A DNA stretch of 63,625 nt, filler included, from Octopus bimaculoides (taxonomy: Eukaryota), in NCBI RefSeq assembly GCF_001194135.2. It is 11 parts of 11 records of this genome, joined end to end, with 100 filler letters (N's around TTAATTAATTAA, not from the genome) between each part and the next. Parts side by side here need not be neighbours in the genome. Positions count along the whole stretch, not along the records: positions 1 to 7,820 come from NC_069000.1; positions 7,921 to 17,646 come from NC_068996.1; 9 more parts are not named here. The stretch is one strand, 5' to 3'. The notes under the pieces were generated by a model. The model saw only the letters and a program-made list of their open reading frames with translations. It was not told the origin of the DNA and ran no database searches. Positions within the stretch are counted from its first letter, which is position 1. Each line of letters opens with the position of its first letter. The position numbers and the translations under genes are program-made. Shown here in pieces: positions 1-13,586 of this stretch.

Positions 1-30
1 TTGTACAAATGCAAAACAAAAGTCAAACAT

Positions 31-177
<147 letters not shown>

Positions 178-894
178 GTGAAAAAACAGAGTGTTTTCAA
201 AAGTTGTTTACTTCAAGATTTTCGCTCGAGTTAAAAAGGAAATGTTTTGGAAAACAACAACACAAAACTTGGAGCAAACAACTGTTGAAACCGATTCTTC
301 AACTCTTGTTATTATCTCTCTCTCTCTCTCCCTCTTTCTCACTCTCCCTCTCACTCTTTTTCTATTTATCTATCTATCTATCTGTCTGTCTTTCTATCTA
401 AAAATATACGTATGTATATATAGGTATAAATATAGACATACATATATAGAAATATGGATATTATACACATATATTGTATGCATGTATGCATATATGTGCA
501 TATATTTATATATGCACATACATGCATACAAACATGTTATCATCATCATCATCATCATCATCATCATCTTCGTCATCGTCATCGTCATCATCATCATCAT
601 GATCATCATCATTATAAGTAGGGTGTATATCAAATTGCTGGCTCTATTAACAGCTCCAGGAAGTGTCATGTTTTATATAAGACAAAGATGAATCATTCAC
701 AGCTGATTACAGATAATTTCATATTCAATATCGTATATCATTTGAAATCACATAATATCAAGCGTGTTTTTATTGAATATCAATGTGATATATTGCAGTC
801 CTTCTCTCCCTCTTCCTCATTGTAAACATGTCATATCCCTGTGTACCATGCAAACAATAATTTATCTGATATAGCTTTTCAAACATATTATAGA

Positions 895-1759
895 GATATG
901 TGTGTGTGTGAATGTTCGTGTGTGTGTACACATGTGTGCACATGCGAGCATGTGTGTGCGTGTGTGCATGTATATATATGCATGTGTGTGTGCATGTGTG
1001 TGTGCATGTGTGTGTGCATGTGTGAGTGTATGGGTGCATGTGTGTGTGAGTGTGTGCATGTATATATGGATGTGTGTGTGCATGTGTTTATGCATGTGAA
1101 AGTTTCAATAAATATGTGTTTGTGTTTGTGTGACTATGAATGTGTGTATGTGCGAATGTGTGTATGTATGCGTGTCTGTGTTTGAACATTAGAGACTGTT
1201 TGGTTGTATGTGTATGTGTGTGTATGAGTGTGTGTGTTTTTGTGTTTGTGTACATTAATGGCTGTGTACATTAATGGGTGTATTTGTGCAAGTGTGTGTA
1301 TACGTGTATATGTGTGTGCGAGTGTGTGTGTGTGTGTGCATATGAGTTTCGGTGTTTATGTGTTTGCGTGTGTGACTGTATATATATACCTGTATATGTA
1401 TGTGTATATATATTCACCAATGTGTAAGTCTGAGTTTTGGTTCGCATGTGTCTACACATGTAAGTTTATATGTGTTTTGTGTGTGTGTGTGTGTGTCTGT
1501 GTGTGTGTGTGTGTATGTCTGCGTAAGTATACGTTTGTGGGTGTCTGCACTTCTTTGAATGCACATGTCTATGTATATAGAACTTGGTGAATGTTAAAAT
1601 CTGTTCATCTGTAGACGTCTATTTCTGTGTGTGAGCGTGTGTGTATTTGTATACGCGTGCATGATGTATATAATAATACATATGTGTATGTGTATCTTGT
1701 GGCAGCATACATGTGTGTGTGTCATGCACATACATATAAGTGCATGTTTCTTCATATGA

Positions 1760-1795
<36 letters not shown>

Positions 1796-2052
1796 CACAC
1801 ACACACACATGTATATATACATGTGTATGTATATATTTTTATGTATGTATGCATGTATGTGTATATGTCTATATATATATATATATATATGTATGTGAGA
1901 GTGGTATATGTTTGTGTGAGGTGTATATCTCTGAGTGTGCATGTGATATGTGCATACATGTATGTGTACCATAAGTGTATGCGTGCATACATGTATGTAT
2001 ATATGTGTGTAGAACGTGTATGTGTATATATATATATATATGTGTGTGTGTG

Positions 2053-2085
<33 letters not shown>

Positions 2086-2219
2086 TTTGCATAGGCGTAA
2101 GTGTATGCACGAATTTGTGCAAGTGTATGTACATGTTTTTGTGAACATGTATGAGAAATGGTGAGGTAGGAAATCGGGGGGTGAGGGTAATATTTGACAT
2201 ATTTGCTTGTCTGTAAGCA

Positions 2220-2262
<43 letters not shown>

Positions 2263-2503
2263 ATGTGTGCTGTATGATGTCAGTAGAGGAAAGATGTGTT
2301 TAGGTTTGTGTGTGTGTGTGTGTGTGAAAGCGTGTATGCATTTGTGTATATGTGTATGTGTGTGTGCATGTGTGTGAAAGTGTGTATTTGTGTATGTGTG
2401 TGTGTATGTGTGCTTATTCTTGTGTAAACATGATAATATATTGCATAAATATATATCATTCATACTCTTACATATACACACATATTTACACATACATATG
2501 TGG

Positions 2504-2539
<36 letters not shown>

Positions 2540-2565
2540 GCATATGTAAATGTAGGCACCTATAT

Positions 2566-2596
<31 letters not shown>

Positions 2597-3032
2597 CATA
2601 TATATATACACACAAACATACCCATATACACATGTATAATTATGTATGCATATATGTATCATTTCATATATATANNNNNNNNNNNNNNNNNNNNNNNNNN
2701 NNNNNNNNNNNNNNNNNNNNNNNNNNNNNNNNNNNNNNNNNNNNNNNNNNNNNNNNNNNNNNNNNNNNNNNNNNNNNNNNNNNNNNNNNNNNNNNNNNNN
2801 NNNNNNNNNNNNNNNNNNNNNNNNNNNNNNNNNNNNNNNNNNNNNNNNNNNNNNNNNNNNNNNNNNNNNNNNNNNNNNNNNNNNNNNNNNNNNNNNNNNN
2901 NNNNNNNNNNNNNNNNNNNNNNNNNNNNNNNNNNNNNNNNNNNNNNNNNNNNNNNNNNNNNNNNNNNNNNNNNNNNNNNNNNNNNNNNNNNNNNNNNNNN
3001 NNNNNNNNNNNNNNNNNNNNNNNNNNNNNNNN

Positions 3033-3076
<44 letters not shown>

Positions 3077-3190
3077 ATTATATATATATGTACATGTGTA
3101 TACAATTATAAATATATGGTTGTGTGTACATATATGCATCAATGTGATTATATGTGCATATATAAATGTATGTAAGTATGCATATATGTA
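895..3190. repeat. Degenerate (TG)n/(TA)n/(TATG)n microsatellite field, with a gap at 2675-3031
   Basis: Continuous alternating purine-pyrimidine low-complexity sequence. Confidence 0.9.
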
Positions 3191-3415
3191 TTTATAATGA
3201 TATCAGCAAATGATAGATGAGAACCTTCAAAATTATTATCAAATGTAATGGCAATAAATATTATAATATTGTATCAATAGAAATATAATATAGAACAACA
3301 ACGACAACAACAACAATAACAATAATAATAATGATAATAATGACACCAACAAAAACATCAATACTTACAACAACAACAGCAACAACAGCTCTAATAATAA
3401 TAATAATACTAATAC

Positions 3416-3452
<37 letters not shown>

Positions 3453-3767
3453 GATGAAACTGTAATATGATATTAAATGGTCTATTATGTAATAAAATTA
3501 TTATCAAATGCTATAGTCAAGTGGTATTATAAACTAGCAATTGTATATAGTATATCACATTAGCATGAGATGACAGTAAATTCTAGATTTGAGGAATCAT
3601 AAACTGCTTGAATATTATTAATTATCCTATTTGTATTCTGAGCAAATTCATGAAATAATGCTTTACTCTGAAGCACAGCAATGATTCTTGTCATATCCCC
3701 CACATTGTTTGTGTCTATCTATTTAGCTATTGAGAACATGTCCTGTCCATTTATCTTATTTCATATA

Positions 3768-3870
3768 ATCGTTTAACATCCACTTTTCCATGTTTGCGTG
3801 GCTCAAATGGAATGTGTTGAGGTCAGGCTTTTCTATGTCTGGATGCCCTTCCTGTTTTGCCAGCTCTTAT
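3768..3870 (-). mobile_element. SINE family D remnant
   Basis: Reverse complement contains aggaagggcatccag and the 3' tail catggaaaagtggatgttaaacgat, matching the copy at 31874-32121. Confidence 0.6.
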
Positions 3871-4038
3871 GTCTGGCTACAAGGCCAGATATGTGGGGTT
3901 TTTTTTTTAAGAAAGACTGGAAACAAATAAATAATATCATTTGTGTGATGGTGATGCTTGTCTACAATCATCAAAAGATGTCAAGGCAAGGGTACACACA
4001 TGTGCACTCGCACACACACACTCATACATACTCATACT

Positions 4039-4270
4039 AAGGCGGTGAGCTGGCAGAAATGTTAGCACGCTGGGCAAAAGGCTTAGCGGCATTTCGTCTG
4101 CTGCTACGTTCTGAGTTCAAATTCCGCCTAGGTCAACTTTGCCTGTCATTCTTTCGGGGTCGATTAAATAAGTACCAGTTATGCGATGGGGTCGATATAA
4201 TCGACTTAATCCGTTTGTCTGTCCTTGTTTGTCCCCTCTGTTTGTAGCCCCCGTGGGTAGTAAAGAAATA
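4039..4270 (+). mobile_element. tRNA-derived SINE family B, full length
   Basis: Near-identical to 41519-41745; A-box-like tggcagaaatg and B-box-like gagttcaaattcc; ends gtaaagaaata. Confidence 0.85.
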
Positions 4271-4349
4271 ACACACTCATACATACAAAGTGTGTGTGTG
4301 TGTGTAAATATATCACCATCATAATCATCAAAATATATCATCAAATATA

Positions 4350-4508
4350 TCATCATCATCATAATCATCATTTAACATCTCTTTCCCATGCTGGCATGAG
4401 TCTTGGTTTCTACAGCTGGATGCCCTTCCCAATGCCAACCACCTTACAGAGTGTATTGGATGCTTTTTATGTGGCACCATCATCAGTGCATTTTAAGTGG
4501 CACCAGCA
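4350..4508 (-). mobile_element. SINE family D 3' part with (GAT)n tail
   Basis: Reverse complement reads gggaagggcatccagctgtagaaacc...catgccagcatgggaaagagatgttaaatgatg; homologous to 31874-32121. Confidence 0.7.
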
Positions 4509-4729
4509 CCACAACTTTCTCTCACTCTTTCTTCTTGTTTCTGTTGTACTTGTATTTCAAATGGCCAGCCTTGTCACACTCTGTGTCATGCTGAATCTCC
4601 TCGAGAACTACTTTAAGGGTACACATGTCTGTGGAGTGCTCAGCCACTTGCATGTTAATTTTACAAGCAGGCTGTTCCGTTGATCGGATCAACTGGAACA
4701 CTCGTCGTCGTAACTGACGGAGTGCCAAC
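4507..4729 (+). mobile_element. SINE family A, 5'-truncated
   Basis: Matches the 3' two-thirds of 30494-30867 (caccacaactttctctcactc ... gacggagtgccaac). Confidence 0.85.
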
Positions 4730-4759
4730 CAATGTATATATGTATGTATGTATGTATGT

Positions 4760-5055
4760 ATGTCTCTTCTCCTTTTTCATTATTATAAATCTTCCACTAA
4801 GGAGGTTTCCAACAAAGATACAAGGCTCCATCTTTGGAAAGTAGTTAACACAGACAAATTCACATTTGGAACTTGAGAAAAGTCTTGCATATTTTTACTG
4901 TTCCACTCACAGATTGCACTTGTAATGTACGAATTAGCCGGTCGATTTCTCTATCTGAAAATCCCAGTTTATCCAGATTCTCCTTTAAGCATTTACTAAC
5001 AAAACCTAGTGCTCCAATTATTATTGGTATGAATATGAATTTATAGTCTGGATTA
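4760..5055 (-). mobile_element. 3' end of an R4/Dong-like (restriction-like endonuclease) non-LTR retrotransposon, 5'-truncated
   Basis: Translates to PDYKFIFIPIIIGALGFVSKCLKENLDKLGFSDREIDRLIRTLQVQSVSGTVKICKTFLKFQM*, resembling the R4-clade C-terminal pattern (VPIIIGALG..L...L..LG...LQ....GT..I.R..L); followed by a short 3'UTR and (CATA)n. Confidence 0.7.
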
Positions 5056-6084
5056 TGTGTGTATGTATGTATATATATATACATGTATGCCATTATTCAC
5101 TTTTATTTCAAGATTCTTTGCCAGTAAGGAAAGAGCTGGTTTCTAACCTGGATCCAAGGTTCCTTCATTAGATTTTCAACATCAACAGTGTATTTTTGTT
5201 CATATGTATGTATGTATGTATGCATGTATGTATGTATGTATGTTTGTATGTATGTATGCATGCATGTATGTATGTATGTATGTATGTTTGTATGTATGCA
5301 TGCATGTATGTATGTATGTATGTATGTTTGTATGCATGTATGTATGTAAGTATGTATTAAGATAGAGACAGACATGCAGACAGAATTATTGACAGACAGA
5401 CAGAGAAAAAGAAGAAAATGAAGTGTGCATCAGGTAGAGGCAGGGTATGTCCCAGGACATTGAGATTAGTGAAGGTAAGACATTATGTGTATGTGTGTGT
5501 ATGTGTATGTGTGTGTGCATGTGTGTGTATGTGTGAGTGCATGTATGCACATATATGCTTGTGTATGTTGGTGAATATATTTGTGTGTGTATGTGTATAC
5601 GCATGTCTATAAGTGTGTGTGTGTGATGTGCATTTATATATATATGTATGTGTGTATGTATTATATGTATGTATGTGTGTGTATGTGTCTGTGTGCATGC
5701 TCAGGATGAAAATAGGGGGTGTGATGGGGATAGAAGAGGAGGGTGTATGGATAAGGAAATAACTAGGAATAGGGTAAGAAGAGGGGAGGGGCATGAATCA
5801 GTGCATTTTAGTGGGGAAGGGGNNNNNNNNNNNNNNNNNNNNNNNNNNNNNNNNNNNNNNNNNNNNNNNNNNNNNNNNNNNNNNNNNNNNNNNNNNNNNN
5901 NNNNNNNNNNNNNNNNNNNNNNNNNNNNNNNNNNNNNNNNNNNNNNNNNNNNNNNNNNNNNNNNNNNNNNNNNNNNNNNNNNNNNNNNNNNNNNNNNNNN
6001 NNNNNNNNNNNNNNNNNNNNNNNNNNNNNNNNNNNNNNNNNNNNNNNNNNNNNNNTGTGGTGACAGAGGTGTAGTGCGGTGGCG

Positions 6085-6375
6085 CTAGTAGTAGTAGTAG
6101 TAGTAGTAGTAACCGCACAGCAGCGACGGCAGCAGCAGTGATGATAGTGGTGGCAACGACAGTAGCAGCAGCAGCAGTAGTGGTGGTGGTGGTAGTAGTG
6201 GTAGTGGTGGTGGTGGTGTTGGTGGTAGTAGTGGTAGTGGTGGTGGTGGTGGTGGTAGTAGTTGTAGTAGTGGCAGCAGCAATGGTGGTAGTGGGAGGGA
6301 GTAGTAGTGGTGGTGGTAATATATATGATGGAAGTGGTAAGTAGTGATGATTTTGATGATGATGATATTGATGGT
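6085..6375. repeat. Compound (GTA)/(GTG)/(GCA)/(GAT)n triplet microsatellite
   Basis: Direct observation. Confidence 0.9.
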
Positions 6376-6771
6376 GATGGTGACACTGATGTTGATATAT
6401 GTGCGGATGCTGACCATCCCATCCTGGCTCCTGGTTCCTCCTACTTGCCGAGAAAAGCTAACAAGCAATCTACTCTTTATAAAACAGTAAGACATGAATA
6501 GAGAGAGATTTAGCTGCTATTTCTTGCATGTCAACTCACTATATAAAGGCTTCCTCACTGGCTCACAGCTCACTGATGGCTGGTGATGGTATGATCGTCC
6601 AGTAGTGATGATGAGGAGGGGATAATGTCTTGGTGATGATGCAATGGTGATTGTGCTATGGAGTTGATGATGGTGTCGTAGAGCTAGTATTCGTTGTGTA
6701 GGTTGTTTTTGAGTCAAGGAACACAGCAGTGTGTGTATGTGTTAGATATGATAAAAAATATATATTGTGTA

Positions 6772-6870
6772 TAGGAACATGACCTAGTGGTTAAGGTGCT
6801 GCACTCATGGTTGCAAGATCATGGTTTCAATTCATAGACTGGGTAGTGCATTGTTTCCTTGAGTAACACT
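6772..6870 (+). mobile_element. tRNA-derived SINE 5' head, degenerate
   Basis: A-box-like tgacctagtggttaagg and B-box-like ggtttcaattc at tRNA-like spacing. Confidence 0.55.
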
Positions 6871-7371
6871 GAAGCAAGAACATTAACCGTGGACAAGAAA
6901 CCAGAACCAGAAACTGAACTTTGTTCACACAGTCCATCAACCTGATGTCTACTACTAACCTTCCTTATATATATCCAACTATGTTTATCCAAGAAGTCTC
7001 TAACCAGAAGAAAATAAGGAATTCTCAAATCAGCAAAGGGTCACAAATAAGATGAGAAGGAAAATAATTGAATCAACCCAACTTTGCAGCACAAACATTC
7101 GATCACAATAAACAAATCATTTGGGCAAGTCATTCATCAAAAGCTGAACACTCATACATTGTCTTTGACAGGAGAGTCCATTATATATTGTATATTTGAC
7201 AGGAGAGTCCATTTTATATTGTATATATTGTATCAGTGGTACAGGGAACGGTTGTTTGATGAAGTTGTTGCCTTTTGACTATTTTAAAATTTAACTTGTA
7301 AATCAGTACAGCAAGAGTTATGTTTCTTACTATTGTTACTAAATTTTGTCATTTTCCTAATACATCATCAT

Positions 7372-7570
7372 AATCATTTAATATCTGTTTTCCATGCTGG
7401 TGTGGGTTGGATGGTTTGACCAGAACTTGTAAGGCTAGGGGCTGCACCAACTTCCATCGTCTGTTCTGATATGGTTTCAACAGCTGGATGGCCTTACTAG
7501 TGCCAACCACTCCACAGTGTGTACTGGGTGCTTTTTTTTATGTGGCACTACACCAGTGCTTTTAACATGG
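7372..7570 (-). mobile_element. SINE family D copy
   Basis: tttccatgctggtgtgggttggatggtttgac ... cagctggatggcctt ... gtggcac; reverse-complement match to 31874-32121. Confidence 0.7.
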
Positions 7571-9156
7571 CACCAGTTGTCAAGCAACAGTAGAGAGGAA
7601 AACAAGCACAAAGATACAACACACACACACACAAATATCAAACACACGAACCATTTCGTCCCTACTTTCAAGTTCGTGCCTCACAGCGTTCATACACAAA
7701 CAATTTTTCTCGTCTGGCCGTAAAGCCTTTTCTGTTTGTTTTCCTGTCTTGTTTTTTGTCCGCCACGACATTCCTCCATGGCAAGATTTAATTTGTGTAT
7801 ACAAATTTAATTTGCGGTCCNNNNNNNNNNNNNNNNNNNNNNNNNNNNNNNNNNNNNNNNNNNNTTAATTAATTAANNNNNNNNNNNNNNNNNNNNNNNN
7901 NNNNNNNNNNNNNNNNNNNNCACACGTGCAAGAACAGAATGAGATATGGGAAGTAGGCAAGCAATGTACGTACGCACATACACAAAAACAAATAAATGCG
8001 AATAGATACTTATATTTATGTATGTGTGTGTATGTCTATATGTGTATATATGCACGTATGTATGCGTGTAAATATGTGTGTGCGTGCGTGTGTGTTTGTG
8101 TGTGTAGTTACTTCTCTGCATTTTCAAGCAGACGTACAAAACTCACGTGTTAGATGAAACTTGACGGACTTCTTCTTGGGGGATTTTGCTGATAAGACAT
8201 TTCTAAGAATGTCATTTAATAAATCTCTTTACTAAATTATATGTAAGAATGAAAGAAAACTTAGTAAAAAAAAAAAAAAAACCTACAACCGAAGAGAATT
8301 AAACAGTTTGTACGTGTGTATTTGGTATACGTGGATGCGTTTGGTGTGTGTGTATGGCTGTTTGTAGATGTGTTTGCGTGGATGTTTGTAAATGTGTGTG
8401 TGTGGATGTTTGTAGAAGTGTGTGTGTGTTCATATAAACGTATACGCACATGTATACGTGTACATGTAACGATTTCAGTATAGAAGTCTTCTAGCTTGTA
8501 ACTGATATTTCTGTTTGCAGATTTAAGCAGAACGCAGATACAAAGTGAGCTGGCTCTGGGAACATGTGATAAATACACTAATAATCACGTGGCTATTAAT
8601 TAATTTATTGCATGGCTTTTCACAAAACTAAAAAAACAAATGATGTCTTTAGCTATCGGCCTCGTTCCCACTCAACTGAAGCCATAGATAACTAACTACT
8701 GCTTTTTGAAAATTTCTTTCAATTTCGGGAGAAACCAGAAAGAGGATAACAACATCAAGATAATTAAGGAAATGAATAAATGAATAAATAAATGAAGGAG
8801 GAAACAAACGAAAACAAAATCGTGAAGAATAACAAACAACATTTAAGAAAAAATAATAATGAAGATGATGACGGTGATGATGATTGGGAGGAAGACGAAA
8901 AAGACAGGAACGACATAGAGGAAAAGAATGATGATTTTAGTATTCAGAAGTTCTCCAACAGGCCAGGATAAACAGGAAGATTTCAAAAATAGACCCAGCA
9001 AATAAGAAAGACAAAACACAACAACAACAACAACAACAACAACAAAACTAGGCAAAAAAAGAAAATTAAATGTAAAATAGGCAAGAAATATGAACAGAAA
9101 AACAAATATAGACAAACAACCGCGGAAAAAGCACCAATATCGGATATAATAAACCC

Positions 9157-9222
<66 letters not shown>

Positions 9223-9953
9223 CCCAAGTAAAAATAAAAACGAAAAACCAATAATAATGACACGGTTTTGTTCTTTGGAAGAAAGCAATTCTTTGTTTGA
9301 AGCAGATGCAAAACATGGAAATTATATTGTCTCTTAACATGCACCATTCTTTGATGAAATCGGCAAGAAACAGCCACATGTGTTTGGAATGGTCATATAT
9401 GAAACAAGAAAGTTCCCTCCCCACTCCTAAGCTGCGAAAATCATTGATTTTTTTTGTCTTTTCTTTTTTCTTTTCTATTCTTTGTCTTCTTATTTTACAG
9501 TCATTTACAACATAAATGGGTTGTGACGCTTATAGAGCAGTTCTGAGTATGTGTGATGTGTGGAGATATTGTATTTGTGTTTAAGTGTAAATGTCTTCCA
9601 GTGTTTATGCGTGCGTATGTATGTGTGTGTGGGTGTGTGTGTGTTTTTGTGTGTCTGTATGCGTGTATGTCTGTGCGTGTCTGTATCCGAACATTGGTGT
9701 GATTCTTTAGCTAATTTGAACGTGTGTAAACATACATACGGAGTATTTCTCCATGCACTTGTCGGTGTTTGTGATTGGTGTAGATATTGTGTTTGTATTT
9801 GAGTGTACACGTCTTCGACAATTTGTGCGCGCGTGTGTGTGTATGTGTGTGTGTGTTTGTGTGTATACGTATGTGTCTGTGCATATCTGTATCCGTATAT
9901 TTGTATGATCCTTTTGCTAATTTCAAAATGCGTAAATATATATATATATATAT

Positions 9954-9998
<45 letters not shown>

Positions 9999-10588
9999 TA
10001 TATACATGTAATTCTCTATGCAATTGGTGGTGTTTGTGAGTGCGTCTGTCTCAGTATATTTCTCTCTTTTCCTGTATGTGCGTGTGTATATGTATGTGCG
10101 TGCGCGTGTTCATGTGTGTGTTCGTATGTGTGCGTGCTTAAGCGTGTATTTCTAAGTATTTGTGTGTGTGTGTGTGTACTGCATTTGTTTTACACATTCA
10201 GAAACTGCTACACACTTAGCGGATATAATTTATCAGCCTACTGCAAGCTGTCGTTTATTGATCGTGCAATGCAATGCTGCTATAATCCTGTAGATAATAA
10301 CGTTTTTATGTTGGCAAATTGTTTAGGAAAATAAAATGAGGGAAGTGGTATTGGCCTCAAATGTTGAAACAGGAAATAACTTCTCAAAAGAAGTGTATTC
10401 TGGATATTCTATAGAGGGTAGATAAAACTTTTCGCTAATATGAAATTGTGTTATGTAACCTGTCCACTGTACAATGGCAAAACAGAAAGCACTCACACAC
10501 ATGATATCAATTAAACAAATATCGAAGAAGAATTAAACACCAGTAATAAAAGAAGTAGGAAAAGATTTAAACAGTTTTGATGTAGGTG

Positions 10589-10625
<37 letters not shown>

Positions 10626-10765
10626 GTACATATATATATGCATCAATATACCTATATATATGTATCTATATATATGTATCTATATACATATATATATATA
10701 GACACACATATATATTTACATAGATATGTATGCATCTATATACGTATATATATATATATTGCTTG

Positions 10766-10830
10766 AAATAGCAGCCGGTTAGTCGACAGCGATATGTAAA
10801 GCTTCACTGAATATTTATCGGCTGCTATTT
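10766..10830. repeat. Short inverted repeat (12-bp arms aaatagcagccg/cggctgctattt)
   Basis: Perfect arms at 10766-10777 and 10819-10830; same stem motif as the inverted repeat at 61953-62043. Confidence 0.7.
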
Positions 10831-11229
10831 TTAGCAATGATCGTACTTCATGTACACGTGCTTTATATCTTCATACTTCTACCTATATGGGGCTTTATTC
10901 TTGGATATTCATGCTATTTTAATAATATTTATATTTCCGTTCGTATATATATATTCATCAGTATACATATGTATATATATAAGACAAAATATAAATTAGA
11001 GTCTTTACGTATTATTCTTTTATTACAGCAAATTTGTCTTACAGCTGTTTCTGATAATGGTTAATGGTACGTTACTGATAGGTTTTCACAACTGATCAAT
11101 TGATTAGTTGAGAAAAATTGAATGACCTAAAAAAAAATTAATGCTACATTCGTCAATCAACTCTCGTTATCTATCTATATAGTTCTCTTTATACATAGTC
11201 AGATCGAATATCAAAACTTGAACAAACAA

Positions 11230-11405
11230 CTGAACATGAAAAATAGCAATGACAAAACAACAAGTGGACGTACACATGGAATGTATCAGTTTAATGGCCA
11301 GGAAAGGTGGAAAGAAGGGTAGGATTTTAACGTTTCGAGCATAACTCTTCTTCAGAAAGGAAGACGGAAAACTTCAGAGAAGGGAAAAATTTCACGAACA
11401 ACAAA
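11230..11405 (-). mobile_element. Family F element (Penelope pLTR-like, hammerhead-like motif at 11329-11355)
   Basis: Minus strand CUUU-CUGAAGA-A-GAGU-UAU-GCUC-GAAA-CGUU-AAA; flanks homologous to 59495-59750. Confidence 0.6.
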
Positions 11406-11964
11406 TGTGTTGTTACATGACTGAATTCACACACACACAGACACACACACACGCACACACACACACATACACACACACGCACGCACACCGACAGAGACAC
11501 ACACACATATATATATATATGTATATATATATGTGTATGTATGAACGTATGTATGTATGTATGTATGTATGTATGTATGTATGTATGTATGTATGTATCT
11601 AGACATACAATTATATATATGTACATTTGTGTGTGTGTGTGTGTATGTATGTGTGTGCATGTATGTGTGTGTGTGAAATATCAGAGTATGTTTCTAATCA
11701 AATGTAATTAACGGAAAAGTTTCCGAATTTTCGGACAAAGAGATTGTTCATTTACAGTGAAAAAAAAACCTTCTAAAATTTTTTTTCTTTCTTCCTAGTC
11801 TAGATGAACGAGAAAGTTTAGTTACGTATATAGGCTTATTTATGTTGGTGTGCGAATTCCCAATACAGAAAGAGACATTAACTACAGCTGAATTCGCATT
11901 AGATATACCCCCACGCAAAGGTGTCCGATATACTTATTTTTATATGTGGATACACATGTGTTAG

Positions 11965-11996
<32 letters not shown>

Positions 11997-12506
11997 AACA
12001 TACCAATAAACTTTCGTTTCCCTTACTCTACTCTGGATTTTACACTCAAACGATTATAAATTCTTATCTCATATCCACAGACACACACAGAACCACAGAC
12101 ACACGCCCACACAGACACAGGATCAAACACGCACGCACACACATTTATATATAGATATTTAAATAAATAGAGAGAGACAGAGACAGAAAGTGTGCTTGTG
12201 GGAGAAAGAGAAAGAAATTGACAGATATATATATNNNNNNNNNNNNNNNNNNNNNNNNNNNNNNNNNNNNNNNNNNNNNNNNNNNNNNNNNNNNNNNNNN
12301 NNNNNNNNNNNNNNNNNNNNNNNNNNNNNNNNNNNNNNNNNNNNNNNNNNNNNNNNNNNNNNNNNNNNNNNNNNNNNNNNNNNNNNNNNNNNNNNNNNNN
12401 NNNNNNNNNNNNNNNNNNNNNNNNNNNNNNNNNNNNNNNNNNNNNNNNNNNNNNNNNNNNNNNNNNNNNATATATATACATATATATATATGCATATATA
12501 TATATT

Positions 12507-12537
<31 letters not shown>

Positions 12538-12728
12538 GAATATATATATACATATATATATGCATATATATATACATATATATACATACACACGTATATA
12601 CATAATGGTGTGTGTATTGATCTATCTAACCACATGTCTATCTATCTGTCAGTCTCTCTGTCTCTCTCTGTGTCTCTCTGTCTCTCTCTCTGTCTCTCTC
12701 TGTCTCTCTCTCTGCCTCTCTCTGTCTC

Positions 12729-12779
<51 letters not shown>

Positions 12780-13536
12780 GTATATATATACACATAAATA
12801 TATTTGAATCAATATTTGTCTGAATGTACAATTCAGTTTAAAAATAGATAAAAGTAAGACTTTGAAGAATGATTGCAACGAAGAAGATGAGAAGGTGTTT
12901 GGCAATAAAGTATTAAGTATACAACATGTAAAAAAAAAGAAAGGAAGAAAGAAGGTTCATTCAAATAGATGAAGCCACAACAACAGCGGCATCAGCATCA
13001 CCAACTACAACCAGAATATAGAACAGAAAGTAGAAATTTGATTGCAATAAATTTCTCTGCTACTTTCCTTTTACTTTCACTTTGCCAACACCCGATCTAT
13101 GAGGCTAGCAGAAATATTTGCGAATCTATTCACTATACTTAATGATCGATTTTTCCTTGGTGTTCTTTTTGTTATTACAAAAAATACTAACGTCGATGAA
13201 AAACAATCAGGGCAAAAATCCGCATCTAGTGTGTTCATAACAGAATCATAGCCTCTGTTTTTTTTCTATATATCTTATTCTAACGTTTTTGCAATTGCAG
13301 AAGTTATAAAATAGCACCGTCTAACTTCTATCAGATCATGTTCAGTATTTAATAAGTATTTTTTATATATGCTTTCTTTTCTCCCCATATTTATTCTCCT
13401 TCTTACTCCGTATCACATACCCTTTTTGGGATCGATAATGTTTTTGTTCTAAGAATAAAAAACACAGGAAAATATCATCCTAACAACGAACGCAACGGCT
13501 GATCTTTTGAGAATAGACACATAGATACATGCACAT

Positions 13537-13586
<50 letters not shown>

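Noticed and set aside
7821-7920. TTAATTAATTAA flanked by N runs, recurring ten times (also ~17691, 20191, 31819, 38591, 45114, 47736, 55996, 59439, 61357)
   Set aside because: Always centred in ~100-nt N blocks; a scaffolding gap linker with stops in all frames, not biology.
8780-9424. Acidic/Lys-rich protein-like segment (DDDGDDDWEEDEKDRNDIEEK...) and three overlapping minus-strand ORFs
   Set aside because: Plus frame is broken by stops and shifts, and openness is explained by A-rich composition and triplet repeats; no recognisable family or splice support.
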